DNA of 64,000 bases from an uncultured delta proteobacterium (GTDB lineage Bacteria; Desulfobacterota; Desulfuromonadia; Geobacterales; DSM-12255). The notes under the pieces are model-generated. The model saw only the letters and a list, made by a program, of their open reading frames with translations, ran no database searches and was not told the origin of the DNA. The stretch spans positions 128,001-192,000 of the forward strand of contig CAWBBV010000012.1 of assembly GCA_963787125.1 (NCBI GenBank). Reading direction: 5' to 3'. Made by a program: the position numbers and the translations under genes. Below are positions 62,202 through 64,000 of the stretch, in pieces. Every line of letters begins with the position of its first letter. The stretch's first letter is position 1.

Positions 62202-62420
62202 ATGAGTAAAGAAGAGGCAATTGAAGTAGAAGGTACAGTTATAGAGCCGCTCCCTAACGCGATGTTCAGGGTAAAACTGGAAAATGATCATGTTGTTCTT
62301 GCGCACATATCCGGCAAGATGCGTAAATACTTTATTAAAATCCTCCCTGGAGACAAGGTCACCGTAGAATTGTCACCTTACGATCTGACGCGCGGAAGAA
62401 TTACCTACCGGGTCAAATAG
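62202..62420 (+). CDS. infA: Translation initiation factor IF-1
   Basis: [34 protein letters not shown]. Confidence 0.98.
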   Translation: MSKEEAIEVEGTVIEPLPNAMFRVKLENDHVVLAHISGKMRKYFIKILPGDKVTVELSPYDLTRGRITYRVK

Positions 62421-62499
62421 GCAGGCAAAAGCAGTTAACTATCATTCGAGATTGCGGACTGATGTCAGCAATCTTTATTTTTAGAGAAAAGGAAAGAAA

Positions 62500-63063
62500 A
62501 TGTACACAGTCGCTGACCTGAAGAAAGGACTAAAGATTATACTCGACGGTGATCCGTATCTTGTTATTGCGTTTGACTTTGCCAAACCCGGCAAAGGACA
62601 GGCTCTCTACCGGACGAAAATGCGCAACATGATAAGTGGCAGTATTCTCGACCGGACATATCGCTCTGGTGAAACCTTTGAACCGGCAAGTCTTGAAGAC
62701 AGAAAGATGCAATTTCTTTATCGGGAAGAGGATCATTACGTTTTCATGGACAATCAGAACTATGAGCAGTACCGAATGGGTGAAGAGACGGTTGGTGACG
62801 CCAAAAACTACCTTACCGACAACCTCGCGGTTGATCTGCTTCTTTTCAGTGACAAAGCTATTGCCGTTGATGTTCCCAACTTTGTCAACCTCCGTGTTAC
62901 CCAGACCGATCCCTGGGCAAAAGGTGATACTTCCGGCAGTGATTCCAAACCGGCAACGGTTGAGACCGGTTACGTCCTCCGTGTTCCCCCTTTTATTGAA
63001 GAAGGCGAGCTTATCGTCATTGATACAAGAACCGGTGAATATTCGACCCGTGTAAAGGGTTAA
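62500..63063 (+). CDS. efp: Elongation factor P
   Basis: KPGKGQA, FMD...YEQ, KPA..ETG, VP.FI..G. Confidence 0.96.
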   Translation: MYTVADLKKGLKIILDGDPYLVIAFDFAKPGKGQALYRTKMRNMISGSILDRTYRSGETFEPASLEDRKMQFLYREEDHYVFMDNQNYEQYRMGEETVGDAKNYLTDNLAVDLLLFSDKAIAVDVPNFVNLRVTQTDPWAKGDTSGSDSKPATVETGYVLRVPPFIEEGELIVIDTRTGEYSTRVKG

Positions 63064-63074
63064 TTTAGCAGCGC

Positions 63075-63992
63075 ATGAACTGGAATCTTGCTCGCAAGAG
63101 CGCTCGACTCGCACAAAGAGCAGAGATTCTAAACAAAATTCGCAGTTTCTTCACCCAAAAGGGGTATCTGGAAATAGATACCCCTTTACTTATACCCGCC
63201 CCCGCCCCGGAAGCCCATATTGATGCAATTGCAGCCGGCAGCTCCTTCCTGCAAACCTCACCCGAACTTTGTATGAAACGCCTCCTTGCCGCCGGTTATC
63301 CGAAAATTTTTCAGATCTGCCGCTGCTGGAGAGAAGGCGAGCGCGGCTCACGCCATCTGCCGGAATTCACCATGCTGGAATGGTATCGAGCCGCTGCTGA
63401 TTATAACGATCTGATGCATGAGGCCGTCGCCTTATTGGCATACATTGCCGCAACGCTCTGTAAAGATGGCTTACTTGTGTATAAGGGAACAACAATTGAG
63501 CTGAACGGGGAGTTTGAACGAATCACAGTAAGAGAGGCATTTGCACGCTACGCGGGCACCAGTATGGAGCAGGCTCTTCGGGAAGATGACTTTGACCGGT
63601 TGATGACTGAATTCATAGAACCGCAACTTGGGCTGAAAAGGCCGACAATCATCTGCGACTACCCGGCAGAAAGAGCAGCGCTTGCCAGACTTAAAAATGA
63701 TGACCCGACGGTTGCCGAGCGATTCGAATTGTACCTGGCAGGCATAGAGCTGGCGAACGCCTTTTCCGAGCTGACAGATGAACGGATCCAGCACCAGAGA
63801 TTCCTCGAAGAGTTACAATCAAGAGCAGACCGTGGTGCTACCCCCTACCCCATGCCCGGGCCGTTCCTCGCGGAACTCCATCAAATGCCGCCATCAGCCG
63901 GGATGGCCCTCGGGATAGACCGATTGGTAATGCTGTTTACCGGCGCCGCAACAATTGATGAAGTGGTCGCATTTACTCCTGAGGAGCTTTAG
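63075..63992 (+). CDS. epmA: EF-P lysine aminoacylase GenX
   Basis: LQTSPEL.MKRLL, H.PEFTMLEWY, ERFELY..G.ELANAF, G.ALG.DRL; adjacent to efp. Confidence 0.93.
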   Translation: MNWNLARKSARLAQRAEILNKIRSFFTQKGYLEIDTPLLIPAPAPEAHIDAIAAGSSFLQTSPELCMKRLLAAGYPKIFQICRCWREGERGSRHLPEFTMLEWYRAAADYNDLMHEAVALLAYIAATLCKDGLLVYKGTTIELNGEFERITVREAFARYAGTSMEQALREDDFDRLMTEFIEPQLGLKRPTIICDYPAERAALARLKNDDPTVAERFELYLAGIELANAFSELTDERIQHQRFLEELQSRADRGATPYPMPGPFLAELHQMPPSAGMALGIDRLVMLFTGAATIDEVVAFTPEEL

Positions 63993-64000
63993 TTGCAGGA

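Overview
A 64-kb chromosomal window from a Geobacteraceae-like deltaproteobacterium (taxon inferred from gene content and from the style of the LexA, BirA and dif motifs). It appears to span the replication terminus: a 28-bp dif-like Xer site lies at 42921-42948, genes converge on it from both sides, and GGGNAGGG octamers switch strand there. Housekeeping blocks are yicC-gmk-rpoZ-rel-ridA, rpmB, A-adding tRNA nucleotidyltransferase-bcp, bioBDA, queD-queE, lepA-lepB, an S1 paralog, panBC, iorAB-paaK-ACT-livKHMGF-paaK, ppx, ihfB, rlmD, infA and efp-epmA. There are two accessory regions. (1) About 5.4-12.4 kb: methyltransferase, RNase H, a short type IA topoisomerase and a lexA-dinB SOS cassette; one copy of a 162-bp hairpin MITE is at its left edge and an inverted second copy is at 15.6 kb. 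(2) About 30.1-41.3 kb, just before dif: an orphan frameshifted ParB with a perfect 26-bp palindrome (candidate parS-like site), a PD-(D/E)XK nuclease gene split by IS21, a secreted-protein gene split by IS1380 (carrying a nested IS4) and ISNCY, a group II intron 3'-end remnant, REP-like hairpins near both edges, and a BrnT/BrnA toxin-antitoxin pair. All four IS boundaries and target duplications are readable and both broken genes can be rebuilt in frame. No tRNA, rRNA or CRISPR array was seen. All family calls come from motif recognition, not database searches.
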